A stretch of 60,837 nt of DNA, counting the filler, from Stramenopiles sp. TOSAG23-6 (lineage: Eukaryota): assembly GCA_900128565.1 (NCBI GenBank). It is 3 parts of 3 records of this genome, joined end to end, with 100 filler letters (N's around TTAATTAATTAA, not from the genome) between each part and the next. Parts side by side here need not be neighbours in the genome. Positions count along the whole stretch, not along the records: positions 40,876 to 60,837 come from LT636042.1; 2 more parts are not named here. One strand, written 5' to 3'. A model generated the notes under the pieces. That model was not told the origin of the DNA. It worked only from the letters and a program-made list of their open reading frames with translations, and ran no database searches. The position numbers and the translations under genes were made by a program. Below are positions 45,064-58,086 of this stretch, piece by piece (position 1 is the first letter of the stretch; each line of letters opens with the position of its first letter).

Positions 45064-48000
45064 ATGACAAGTAAAAATACTCTAAAACATTCTCAAGAAG
45101 AAGAAAAAGAAGAAAAAGAGGATATACAACTGCCCTATACTGTCGTCCACCAGTGTTTTTTCCCCGGCACAGCAGATTGGATTGATCAGTTTCTTGTCAT
45201 TGCAACATATGGCCATGATTCAAGCCAGCTAATGTTAGCTCTATTCGATCATCAGTCAGACTGGACTGAAGGAGTTATAGGTGCAATAACGTTAAAGAGG
45301 CGACTCTGTCATATATTTCGTATCACGCCGTTCTCATCTATTCGCTTTGTGAAGGACATGAGAAAATGTCTTGAATTTTCATCTGTTGACATTAAGGGTG
45401 TTCATAGACATGTAAGACTGAAGTCAACTGCAGAGACAGTGCTCCATGATACTCTGCGCGTGATAGATACAGCAATTCACATGACAATTAAATTTGAAAA
45501 CAAAAGAAATAAATTTTTAAAAGATTCGACAAATTGGATGCCGAATTTAACATATAAATCTGTTTTAGATGCTGATGAAGACAAAGAAGTCATATCTTAT
45601 CGCAAACTAGCAAAAGATTCGCCAATTTTCTATCATGATACTTTTTTTCATTTAGACGAAGGAACACAAAAACTGAGCCGATATATATATGTTTTATTTT
45701 TTTTCAAATTCGATTTTTTTCGTACGAAATTTCGTACCTAACGATTTTTTTTTGAAATATTTTTCCAAAATACATGAATATACCAGGAATGTGTTGCAAA
45801 TTAATATTTAATACTTTTCTTATCTTACTTTATATGTATCTTGCTATAGATTATTTTTCCCCAGTTATTTATGGTATTCACGCCGAATTTGCCTTGGCAA
45901 CGGCAACGTTTCTTAATGAAGCTTTTGGCGATATCCCAAAACTACATGATACTCAGAAGCATTCATCGCATCCACAAGAACAAAACTGGCCCCATGAAAC
46001 ACTTGAAATTCATACGATTGAAGATTTTTGGTATGATTTTGTCTGTACGTTTTCATTGTGTTTTTTTTTTTGTACCAAATTTTGTACCAAATTTTGTACC
46101 TAACATTTTTTTTAACCAAAAAAAAAAAATATATGATTCCACAATATATATTCGAGCTTTTACAAGCACACATTCTGGGCCGATATTGGCGAATATCCGT
46201 ATAGTGGGATGACTCGAAAGCAATTTTCGGATTTAATTCACTCTGTTGATTATCACAGCTTTTTTGCTTTCAACAATAAGCTTGTTGGTCGGGTTTTACT
46301 ACAACAACACAGACGACCATTAAAAGAGTGCCATCTTAAAATTGCTAGAAGATCACAATATGTACATTTTCATAATGAATTTCAAATTAATTTTTTTTTC
46401 ATAGTAAATTTCGTACCTAACAAAAAAATCAAATGTGTGACATATTTTTTCACAATACATGAAACTTGTCTAGAAAATGTAGATGATACAAGCCCTTATG
46501 GTAAAAATTTGAAATCTGCAGGAACATATTCAGAATATTTGAATTATGCCTATATGAACACAGCTTTCACGTTTACACACGCTGCAGAAGAAACCGATTC
46601 GTCTTTTTTTTATTGGTTCACACATTTATTTCTTTCAAGCCATTCTCATGGCTATATGATTGCACTCAATGTGACTGATTCCAATGCCGTGACTGGTAAT
46701 TATATACATGATGTAAAGCTAAAACATGGTAGTGCAAAAGTTCCATTGTTAGAGCAGTTACAATACTTGGAAGAAAATTTATGGGTCGATATTCAAACAT
46801 CTTTGATTACTATTAAGATGCCATTTAGAAATATTAATACAGGCATCACATCATACCTTGAAGTCATATTTGAATGGGATGAAGCAGGAAACTTGCACCC
46901 CATTATTAATGTAGCGCCATTTGTTGATCATGGACATGCAGAAAATCTGCAATTTTTTGCATGGACTCTATGCTGTATTATGATAACAATCAAATTCATT
47001 TGTATTTTATATTTTGAAATTCCTCGTGCATTCAATGCTAGTTTTAATTCACGCTATACACCAGGGGGGAGAATGAAAAATAAGGAGCCAGTAGTATTGG
47101 GTTCTCTAAGCATATTGATTTCTTTAATATATACCATGATTGTTATTTTATGTCTCTTTTTTTTACGAAGAAATTATGTAACAAACGACACACTATTACC
47201 TTTTAGTGATGCATATGAATGTAAATCCTTAGATCAAATTTGTGGTGATCCTCATAAAGTTGATAAGAATATATTCACGCATACCAGTGGTTCGAATTCA
47301 TATACACAAGTACATGTTGACTTAGAGGGACACGCAAGGACACAAAAAATTCAGTTTACAATGTTTGCAGTAGGTATTAGCATGTCATGTATATACATAA
47401 TGTTGTATGTGTATAAGATATTCGGGGCGTTTTTACTATTGTGGACTTTAGCACAGGCAAAATGGTTTTTTTTAATTGCATTGTGTATGATTGGTGTTGC
47501 ATTTGTGCCTATTAAAATATATACTGCAGAGTATGGAAAGCATTTACTATTTGAAGAACCTAGTTTTCATTCAGTAGGAATATTAGCAGATGGATTAGTG
47601 ACTAATGTTTCAGAGTTCACGGAACTTCATCCTGGAGATCCGATGAACTACATTATGATATATGCATTAGTTGTACTTACTATTGGAAGATTTTTAATCT
47701 TTGCGATAATGTATCGATCATATAGGCTGGCATCACGTAAAGCTAGTGAAATATCTACTACGCATTGGTATGCAGAAGACGAAAATGGGAAATATTCAAC
47801 GCTAATAGCTCTGAGAACATGTTTAGTTACACTGTTTTACTTTCCTCTCTTGAAACAAATTTTAGTACATCTAGTCCATGACCCGACTCTCAATATGAGT
47901 CAGTATATCAGCTATAGTCAACTAAAAAATATTGTTTTTGATTACGCAAGTGAGTGGTCACCAATATCATCATCATGTGGGATATTAAATCTTCAATTAT

Positions 48001-49382
48001 CTGTTACAACATTGACAAACTTAATAATGAAAGTTATGCCAGTAAAATTGAGTGCCGTACCTGGTGTTGTGGCATATCAAAAACTTCCCTTGAATAGCGA
48101 AAATGAACGTCGAACATTTACAATGTCATTAGAATCGGAACTACCTCTAAAATATAGCGCTCGAGAATTTGGAATTACTGATGATGTTCCAAACCCAGAA
48201 ATACGTGCAGTCTACAGTAGTAGAACTTTGAGCGGTTCCATTTTACATTCTGCAATGTATATTACTGAGATTGAGAGTGCCAAGAGAGTCAGAGAACTCC
48301 GTAAAACTGTTGACTTTCTATTGAGGCAGCATCAGCAGCAAAATTTCATGCTTAATTCAATACTTGAAAAATTAGGAAGAATACGAAAGAGATATATGAT
48401 GGATGAGAAAAATATTCCCTCATTGGTTACAAATAAATCGAGTGAAGTTGTTACAACAAAAGAATATGTTGAAGAGCATGATGTTCAAAGCAAAAGTAAA
48501 GAGAGAGCTATAAAACAAAGGTCAACCAAATATAATCCAAAGCAACTATCCAAGGATGTGAAAACGGAAGTTCAGGCAATGAATAATGATGGGACTGATA
48601 ACACAGAGGATATACTGATGGGTTATGAGCCGAGCAGAAATCAAATCACGAATGAATCAAAGAGTAGTACACCCAAATGTGTAAATAACAAAAGATTACA
48701 GTTTAATAAAGACAAGCAATATTCAGTAATACGTGAAAATAATGTCAGTAAACAATATCCAAAACATATTTCTACACGTCTTCCGGGTGACCAATATCGC
48801 CATCATAAATTAAAGAGTTATAAAAATGAATCAAGTCTACATTCTCCCCTGTCGGTGCAAAACAAGTGGAATGATTTTAGATACGATTCTGCATTTTTTG
48901 ATACGGCATGGCCTTTAATTGAAAAATCAAAACCATCAGAGAAAAATTGGGATAATTTATCAAAATATGTTACACTTACATCAACTGTAGGCGATTCCAC
49001 AAGCAATAATACAGATGCCATTGAAGAATTAAGTAAAACTGAGGGATTTCCTGTAAAACAAAAGAGTAAAAATGTTGCCACTTCGCTATGGAAAACAAAA
49101 AAAAGAAAGCAAATATCAGTTGAAGATTGGAAGAAACTTCCAAACGAACAACGCAGATTAATTATTTATGGAATACCTGAGATATTAATTGATTCTGTCA
49201 TAGATGTCCTATTTGATCTTGGATGGTATCGAGGTAGAGTTTCTACGTATAATCCATCCAAGACCAAATATGTAGTTGCATATTTTGATGGAGAGCAGCG
49301 AGAATTTGATATGAGAAATAATCGTTGGAAGTTTCAGTGTAAAAATGAAACCTGTACCAAAAAATGTATCTGTCCGCAATAG
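45064..49382 (+). CDS. Polycystin-2/TRP-like multipass membrane protein with C-terminal Tudor-like domain; exons 45064-45686, 45776-46044, 46150-46361, 46461-49382
   Basis: TM segment, IHTIEDFW, NKLVGRVLLQQHR, LQYLEENLWVDIQT..N.NTGITS....FE...AG, further TM helices; C-terminal GWYRGRVSTYNP..YVVAYFDGE. Confidence 0.65.
45687..45775 (+). mobile_element. Introner-like intron with AT donor, 89 nt
   Basis: CGA TAT AT|ATATGTTTTAT...TTTCGTACGAAATTTCGTACCTAAC...CCAAAATACAT|G AAT ATA. Confidence 0.75.
46045..46149 (+). mobile_element. Introner-like GT-AT intron, 105 nt, with triplicated 12-nt core
   Basis: GTC T|GTACGTTTTCAT...(TTTTGTACCAAA)2TTTTGTACCTAAC...CACAATATAT|AT TCG AGC. Confidence 0.83.
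46362..46460 (+). mobile_element. Introner-like GT-AT intron, 99 nt, in frame and stop-free
   Basis: CAA TAT|GTACATTTTCATAATG...TTTCGTACCTAAC...CACAATACAT|GAA ACT TGT. Confidence 0.85.
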
Positions 49383-49590
49383 TTAGTATTGATTTGTATT
49401 TTCGAAACTAAATAATGTAGTAGAAAATACTATGAAACCAAATAAATCAGAAAACGTAAAAAAACATTTTTACTTCATTTGTTTTATTTCTATATTGCAG
49501 CCTAAAAAGATGAACCAATAATCATACTTCTGAATACTGAAAATGGCACTTTTTGTTTCAAAATATTTTCGTATACAGGAAAATTATAGT

Positions 49591-51012
<1,422 letters not shown>

Positions 51013-51422
51013 CTAAAATGTAAATCTAATACCAGTACAACAAGAGTGTCTCGTCCCTAACTTGAATACTTTTTCAATTGTACGTACAAGGTTTATACAC
51101 ACTCGTTGTTCAACGTATCATCGTCGTACCATGCGCCCGGATTTTGGTACGAAATTTCGTACCTAAACCTTGGCTTGGCTTGCGCTTGAGTATACCTGCA
51201 AAAAATTGCGATGAATTCATGAACTCGAATGAACTTCGTCCCGCTAGAAGTGAAAACACTCATATTATTCGTATAGAAGTGTCATTGTTCTATAGCTGGA
51301 CAAAGTTATTGTTATATACTTTATTCAGAGTTCTTTTTGTATTGTTCATTTGAGGAGTAGTATCCTATTATTTGTTAATAATAGAATTAGCTTTAGAAAT
51401 TTAAAACAATCTTTTTGGAATC

Positions 51423-51807
51423 ATGGTAAGTCAACACTAACTTTTACAATCTAAAACCGCGTTATTGTAACTCATATTTGACACACGCATTACTAACAAT
51501 AACACAGTTTTATGAAATTCATTTTACATCACAGGCTTCAACAGAGCGTTTCAATGTAAATATCTCGCTTTCTAAAAACTGGGAGCACCTTCAGTCAAAG
51601 TATGTAGGAACGGGGCATCCAGATATAACGAAGTTTGAATGGGCAGTAAACCACCATAGAGATAGTGCTGCCTCTCACATCGGACACTCAGACTTATTAG
51701 CATATTTTTCTGTCGCTGAGAATGAGTCTATTAGTCGTATTAGGTACCGTCTCCTTGAGAAGATGGTTCAACCATGTGGTCCACCACCAGAAAAGGAAGA
51801 CGATTGA
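51423..51807 (+). CDS. SF3B5: Splicing factor 3B subunit 5; exons 51423-51425, 51535-51807
   Basis: ERFN..WEHLQSKYVGTGHPDITKFEWAVNHHRDS..MVQPCGPPP; canonical ATG|GTAAGT...TACTAAC...CACAG intron (an alternative in-frame AG lies at 51507). Confidence 0.93.
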
Positions 51808-52251
51808 GGACAAACGGCATGTCAAGAAGATTGTGCGCCGTACATTTTTATAAAACTATAGTATTTTTTCGTTAGTATGAAATTATTATTATTGATTTTA
51901 GTGTTATTAAAAAATATTACATAGAAGATACTGAGTTGTGAAGCAAATTATGCCCTTAAAAGGAATATATTGAACTATCAATACTTTTTGCATTATCAAT
52001 AAATATTTTCAGTACCCGTTACCGGGTAATTTGCCTTGGTGCTCGTTTGGTGTATTCTAAAGTACTACTAATAATTTTACATAAGAATCAAATCAACGTT
52101 ACATTTTTGTCCGAAAGTACGAATCTTTAGTTATACAGGTAACTCGAAGTATTTTATCTACCTATTAAAGTAAAACACGAGCTGCAAAATAAATTAAACT
52201 TGGCTTCTATTAGTATATTACTGCTTTATAACTTACACATTTAACGTTGGT

Positions 52252-54626
52252 ATGAAAAAAAAGAAAATAGTTAAACCTATTCAAGGTTCTGCTGCATGGA
52301 ATCGACGGAAGAACGGAGGAACCCCACAAAACTCTTCAAATACGAAAAAAAGGTTACTTCGTCCAAGTACATCACATGCAGCTACAAAAGCTAATCCTTT
52401 TAGTAATAATGTTCGACCACATACAGCAAATTCACGAGTATCCAAACATGGTGGGATTAAAGAGAAAAAGCGGCTAAAACTTTTACCTTGTAAATCTAAT
52501 GGAAACAATTCGAAATCAAAAGGTAAGCAATACTTTGAAGGTGAAGAAGAACTTCGGACCAAAATATATGACCTACAGAACGAACTGAAGGAAGTTTTAG
52601 TTAAAATGCGTCGAAGTGAGGTTGCCCGTAAGTGGCTTGAAAATGAATTGAAGCAAAGTGATTTACAGTTACAATCCGAAAAATATTCTGCAGGTGACAA
52701 ACAATTTGCTGAAATAATTGGAACTTTGGTAAAAGCACGAGCACGAATTAAAAAACAGGAAGTTGTTTTGGAACAACGTGATACTGAAATCCGTGATTTG
52801 AAAAATACTGATGCTTTCACACATCCTCGTGAACTAGAGATGTATGTTTTATTTTGTTTCAATTTCGAATTTATTTTTCGTAAGAAATTTTGTACCTAAC
52901 AAATTTTTTTTGAAATATTGTACCAAAATAAATTATTGCTGCAGAATATTTAAATGAAAATAAGAGACTCCTGGGACAATTAGCAGAAGCTCATTTAGAA
53001 ATAAATACATTGGAAAAGGAGTCAGATCAGCTTGTTGATCATATTAAAAGTCTTCAGTCAAAAGTTGCTATGTCAGAAGAACGTATTAAGTCATTCGAAA
53101 TTTCGGAACAAAATTCGAAACAAACTGCGAAATTTGCTTCAAAATCAAAAACATTTGTGACTCAAGAAAAATCTGGTGCATCCCCAGCTAAGATTTGGGC
53201 CGAAGTTACTGATTGTCGCAATGCTATTGCAGTTGCGGTAGAGTGTGAAGATTTCGCAGAGGCAGCTAGATTAAAAGAACGAATTTTAGAGTTATCTGGT
53301 GCCGAAGGAGAACAAATAATGCGTCTTAAAGAAGACGCTCTAGAGAAGCAGACAATAATTGAAAAGCAAAATAAGGAAATAACTTCACTTCGTCGTAAAG
53401 CTCTATCTCATCGAATGCAATTAGAAGAATATCAACGTACTGAAAGATTGGTTAAGGGTGAAAAATCTCCGGATACTGCCGAGATTCTAGATCAACAATT
53501 ACGCCAAAAAAAGCTTCTTCGTACATCACCTCTGAATGGAAATTCTGAGGCCGCTCGGCAACGTTTTAGAGAGGAACAAGAAAGACGTAAGAAATCAATT
53601 GCTGATTTTCAAAAGCAGAAAAAAAAAAGTCAAGCTGCCGAGCGTAAGCTGATAAAGGATGGCAATAAACGTCGCCGTAAGATGGAAAAACGATGGGCAG
53701 AATTTGAAAGAGAGAAACAAATGAAAATACAAGCAGCATTGGATGAGCGAGAACAACAAAATAAGATGCGCTTTGGGGAACATAAAAGCCGTTTCCAGAG
53801 GGCTAAACAAGAGCAGGAAGCATGGGGGAAAAAAGCTGAAGAAGATTTTATTGAAGCCCAAAAACGAGTGTCTGATATATCACAGATAAAGATGCGTCGT
53901 GCAAAGGAAGCATTAAAGGAACCTGATGCTTTAGATGTCTATGCACTCAAAGCGAATGGAAAACGTTTAAGTAATGATCAGGAAAAACTGTTTGATTTGT
54001 TAGAGGAGAAAAAACAAATTACTATGCTAATGACATCAGATGCAGTGACAGTTGCAATGAAAAGAATGAAAATATTGAAATCACCAAAAGGCAATCAAAC
54101 TTCTGAAAAATCAAGTGCGTGGAATATAGTGAAACATCAAATCAACGATAGGATAAATCAAGCTTCTATAAGTGAAGTGGCCAAGAAACGTGCCCAAAGA
54201 AGACGTGATATCGTAATGCATATATCAGATATACAAGATCGTATTGAGAGACAAATGTGGCATGAAAAACATAATAAAAACCTGTCAGCTCTTCAGTGTA
54301 AACAGCAAAATGAGAGAAGAGCAACATCATTAAAAATTTCTAAGTTGAAAGCAGAGACAGAGCGTAACCTAAAACAAGAAGAAATTCTTGAAGAGAAAAG
54401 GAGGCAACAAAAGGTCATTGCAAAAAGACGATCTGATGAACGCGATAAGCGTAAACTACAACGTTTAAAGGAAGAGGAACAAAGAAAATTAGCTGAGAAT
54501 AAAATGAGACATTCATTAGTTCTAAGGAAACAGCAAGCAATGCGTGATAGAGATGCCCATTTAATGAAACCATTTCCAAAGAGAATGGAAACTAAAAGAA
54601 ATGGAAAACGTGTGAAACAGAAGTGA
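52252..54626 (+). CDS. Coiled-coil protein with a UVR-like motif; exons 52252-52841, 52934-54626
   Basis: K/E/R/Q-rich heptads; AVECEDFAEAARLKERI; removing 52842-52933 joins the ORFs in frame. Confidence 0.7.
52842..52933 (+). mobile_element. Introner-like GT-AT intron, 92 nt
   Basis: GAG AT|GTATGTTTTAT...TTTCGTAAGAAATTTTGTACCTAAC...CCAAAATAAAT|T ATT GCT; the CAG at 52944 leads to an early stop. Confidence 0.8.
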
Positions 54627-54704
54627 TAAAATTAACAATTCTTTTTTTTATTTGTTTTTTATTTTTTATAAAATCTCCTGAAAAGAATTTTTACAATTGA
54701 AATG

Positions 54705-56258
54705 TTATGGTTCATTCGAAAATTCATCCTCGAGATCTAAATCTTCATCAATGGATATCTCTCTAATGCTACCATACCTCCTCCTTAATCTAATAGGATC
54801 AACTTCCTGATTATCCTCATCAATAGCAGTGGTTCTTTCTTTTATATTATCAGTATCTTTCACATTATCAGATTTATTCAACGGTTGCACATTAGGGTTA
54901 GGGCTACTAGCATCCGCTTCTTCTAATACTATTTCATCAACTAAAGGGGGTTCATATTCAAATATTGGATGAGATGATGTCAAATGTTTAGTACCCGCAA
55001 TAAGAGAATTTAGTCTAGATTCAGCTATTACTATATCATCTGGTTGTTTTGGTTCTTGTAGTTCTTGTGGTGTAGGGTTAGGGTTTTGCTTTTCTTTGTT
55101 AGTATTTTCTGTAGTATTTACTATACTATTTTGCGGTGTAGAGTTTTGTTTTTCTTCATCACTATTTTCTATTATATTTTCAATACTATTTTTTTCATTC
55201 GAAGAAGTTGGAATGATTTGAGTTGACTCTCCCCTATTTTGAATCCTCAATTCATCCCCAATTCGCCAATCATTATACCAACCACATTCCTGAAGTTTAG
55301 AAGTGACATTAGCTTTTGCTATTTCTAATTTATTCAGTTTTGCTTCGACGTCACTTTGTGGCAAATTTGTAATTTTCTCTTCTAGCATTTTGCACATCTT
55401 TAGTAAAGAAACAACTTTCTTGACCTTATTTGTTGCGCATGTGTCGCTCGTCATTAATCCATTACTTTCTTCTTCTTCAGTAGCGACAGTATTCTGTGTT
55501 GTTGATGTTTCTTTTTCTTCAGTAGCGGCAGTCTTCTGTGTTGCTGATGATTCCCTCCCGGAGTAAGGATAAGCAGGAGGAGGAAGTTCTTTCTTTTTCA
55601 TTGTATGTTTATAGAGTGGTGGTGGGGGTAGTGTTTTATTCAATTCCCTTTTTGTAGGATTTACTTGAAGTTTTTTTTCTAAAGCACCTCCAACTGCTGG
55701 ATCTGAGAGTGCAGCACGAAGCTGTGATGTTGCTTCTAAAGCTAACTCTGAATTCTTTTTTCCAGTTGGAGGCGAGGAAGGTTCATCTGTGTCAGAATTC
55801 CCATGATCAGACGTTGTTTTAGCTTTTGGAATATTTTTATTTTGCATCAATATCATGCGCTTGAGACCTCGAACACTTTCCTCAAGTACCTTAGAGCGCT
55901 TAGTCCAATATGATAGTAAACCTTGTTGTTTACGCGACGCTTCCTCAAGTCCACGAATTCTATCAAGCATTAACTGAAATATTTCTTCATTATCCCCTTC
56001 AGCTATAGATATACTATTATTACCTTTCCCACCAAACCCTAAGAGACCTTTATCCCGAGCACGTAATTTTACTTTGCCTTGTCTCACTTTTGTTTTAAAA
56101 CCTATTTCACTAAGAGAATTTGTTTCGATGAGGTGTACTAAAAGTTCACCATCTACCTTATTCTTACGAATAGCAGCCGCCACAGTTCGATCATGCCTAG
56201 CGTTAACACCTAAACCCTTTAGCATTTGAACAATGTCTTCCACATCATACGTTGTCAT
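54705..56258 (-). CDS. Protein with N-terminal SAM-like domain and low-complexity tail
   Basis: YDVEDIVQMLKGLGV....IRKNKVDGELLVHL....LSEIGF. Confidence 0.65.
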   Translation of the reverse strand: MTTYDVEDIVQMLKGLGVNARHDRTVAAAIRKNKVDGELLVHLIETNSLSEIGFKTKVRQGKVKLRARDKGLLGFGGKGNNSISIAEGDNEEIFQLMLDRIRGLEEASRKQQGLLSYWTKRSKVLEESVRGLKRMILMQNKNIPKAKTTSDHGNSDTDEPSSPPTGKKNSELALEATSQLRAALSDPAVGGALEKKLQVNPTKRELNKTLPPPPLYKHTMKKKELPPPAYPYSGRESSATQKTAATEEKETSTTQNTVATEEEESNGLMTSDTCATNKVKKVVSLLKMCKMLEEKITNLPQSDVEAKLNKLEIAKANVTSKLQECGWYNDWRIGDELRIQNRGESTQIIPTSSNEKNSIENIIENSDEEKQNSTPQNSIVNTTENTNKEKQNPNPTPQELQEPKQPDDIVIAESRLNSLIAGTKHLTSSHPIFEYEPPLVDEIVLEEADASSPNPNVQPLNKSDNVKDTDNIKERTTAIDEDNQEVDPIRLRRRYGSIREISIDEDLDLEDEFSNEP

Positions 56259-56479
56259 TTTATTTACTATATTTGCTGTGTAGAAAAATGTTGCATTTCG
56301 GTTTTCTCAACAAGAATTTTTAGAGTTTTTCGAAGTTCCAGCAAATGCCAAAATTTTAAATTTAGGTCCTAGTACACGAAATAAATCAAGGAATTTAGAA
56401 TTCCTAAATTTTGAGGTGAAAAAGAAAGGACAATTATTTTTCAAATTTATTTGAAACTTTGTCTTCTTAAAAAAACTGA

Positions 56480-57778
56480 CTAACTGCAATGAAGGTCTAC
56501 CCTCTCCATACCTCGTTTACTATATGCTTGTGCCTTTCTAATATAATAATTCCCAATCACTCTTTGAGCATAGTATTGCGCATTTACATTGAAAAATATG
56601 ACAAAATCGAATTTTTTTTAATGAAGTCTCAAAACGTTGGAAGGAGTATTAGGTTATATAGGAATTTAAACAAATCTGAAAATTAAAAAACGTACATTGA
56701 AGTTAACCACAAATAAAGAAGGGAAAAATAGATAAAATGGCATAATATCCGACTCGGGGGTTCCTGGATATGGACTTGACCAACACATTGCTGCAATAGT
56801 ACAAAACATTGTAATACCTATTATGAAAAAATATGTCAAATTTGAAATTCGTTAGTTACAGAATTTTCATAGTAAAACAATTAAAATTCATGGGAAAACA
56901 TACCCGGTCCCCTAATCCAGGTATTAATACTACAGTTAATGCGCTTCTCTGTCATTGTATTAATAGTGCCTTTTTTTACAGCTGCAAGCAAAAAGTAGCT
57001 GATCCCACCCGATGTAATATGAACAATATGTTGGCAGTTTTTGAAAAAGTTAATATGGAAAAAACAAACTTCAAAAGCACTGTATGATTTGTAATAAATA
57101 TTAAATAAGTAACCCAGAAATGAAGAAACAGAGGAGATTTCCACAAGTACCCCAAGGGTAACAAAATCGAACTAACCCAATCGTTGGTACAAAGAGAGCA
57201 TGGTGAAATATATCGTTTGCATCTAAATTGAATCCTAAAACATGATAGATATGAATTGCAATTATCATAGAGGGAGCCCAGTCTGTGCAAGCAGGAAAAC
57301 TCAAAGTCTCACAACGTGCAGCACTAAGTGCTTGACCAGGTTCTTCAAATACCCAATAAAAATCGGGTAATGATAAACCTGCAGCGATCATGTTTCCTAG
57401 TGCGTGTAGTAGAAACCAACGGCCGCTAGAATTATTACGAAAAATGGGTTTGCAGATACACAAGTCCATCAAGAAAAGTGGAAGCATAGAAAAAGCAACT
57501 GCAACTGCTACTCCAGCTACGTCCTGTGATGAGATTGGCAATCTATAGAATGTGCCAATATCATAAAACATATTTGGAATCGATGAAGGAGGAACACCAA
57601 ACACAAAAATGGTTGAAAATACCGTCAACAAAAAATACGACACTATTCCAAAAATTATTCCAAACAATGACTTTTGACTCTTGGAGTCACGGAAAGTTAT
57701 GGGCTTCAAAAAAGTGCGACTCTGGGTAGGACCCATCATTGTCTTTGCCAAACGGTCATAACTGGAAACTCTTTTCAT
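56480..57778 (-). CDS. TLC (TRAM/LAG1/CLN8)-like membrane protein; exons 57778-57109, 57011-56904, 56817-56696, 56581-56480
   Basis: RWFLLHALGN, IAIHIYH, DIFHHALF, spliced FFISGLPGGISY, EKRIN..INTWIRGPG, FNAQYYAQRV. Start uncertain (57778 or 57964). Confidence 0.8.
56582..56695 (-). mobile_element. Introner-like GT-AT intron, 114 nt, diverged (TLC gene)
   Basis: TTC AAT|GTACGTTTTTT...AACCTAAT...CATATTTTTCAATGTAAAT|GCG CAA TAC TAT. Confidence 0.75.
56818..56903 (-). mobile_element. Family member with canonical GT-AG ends, 86 nt (TLC gene)
   Basis: CCG G|GTATGTTTTCCCATGAATTT...CTGTAACTAAC...CATATTTTTTCATAATAG|GT ATT. Confidence 0.8.
57012..57108 (-). mobile_element. Highly diverged family intron, probable TT-AT ends, 97 nt (TLC gene)
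   Basis: GGG TTA C|TTATTTAAT...ATATTAAC...CATATTACAT|CG GGT GGG gives SGLPGGI. Confidence 0.55.
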
Positions 57779-58086
57779 TGTGATGAAATAGAGAGTCTGT
57801 CTCTGAGTAATTTGAATGGATTTACCTAATAAGATCGACCTGCCAATTGAAAATATGATATTATCATTTAGGATGAAGGCCGAAGGTAGTTTTCTTTGTC
57901 GTGTCAGTTCCCTTGGTGCCAGCGCGAGCGATGACACGTGGCTGTCAAAAACATCATGATTCATATTTATTATGTCAAAAGGTCAAAAGGTAGTGCAGAC
58001 TGTCGCACCACTACACGTTATTAAACTTTGAAGGATGCGATATATTGTATAGCCTCTGTTGCTACAGGTGTTTCCTTTATAAAATA

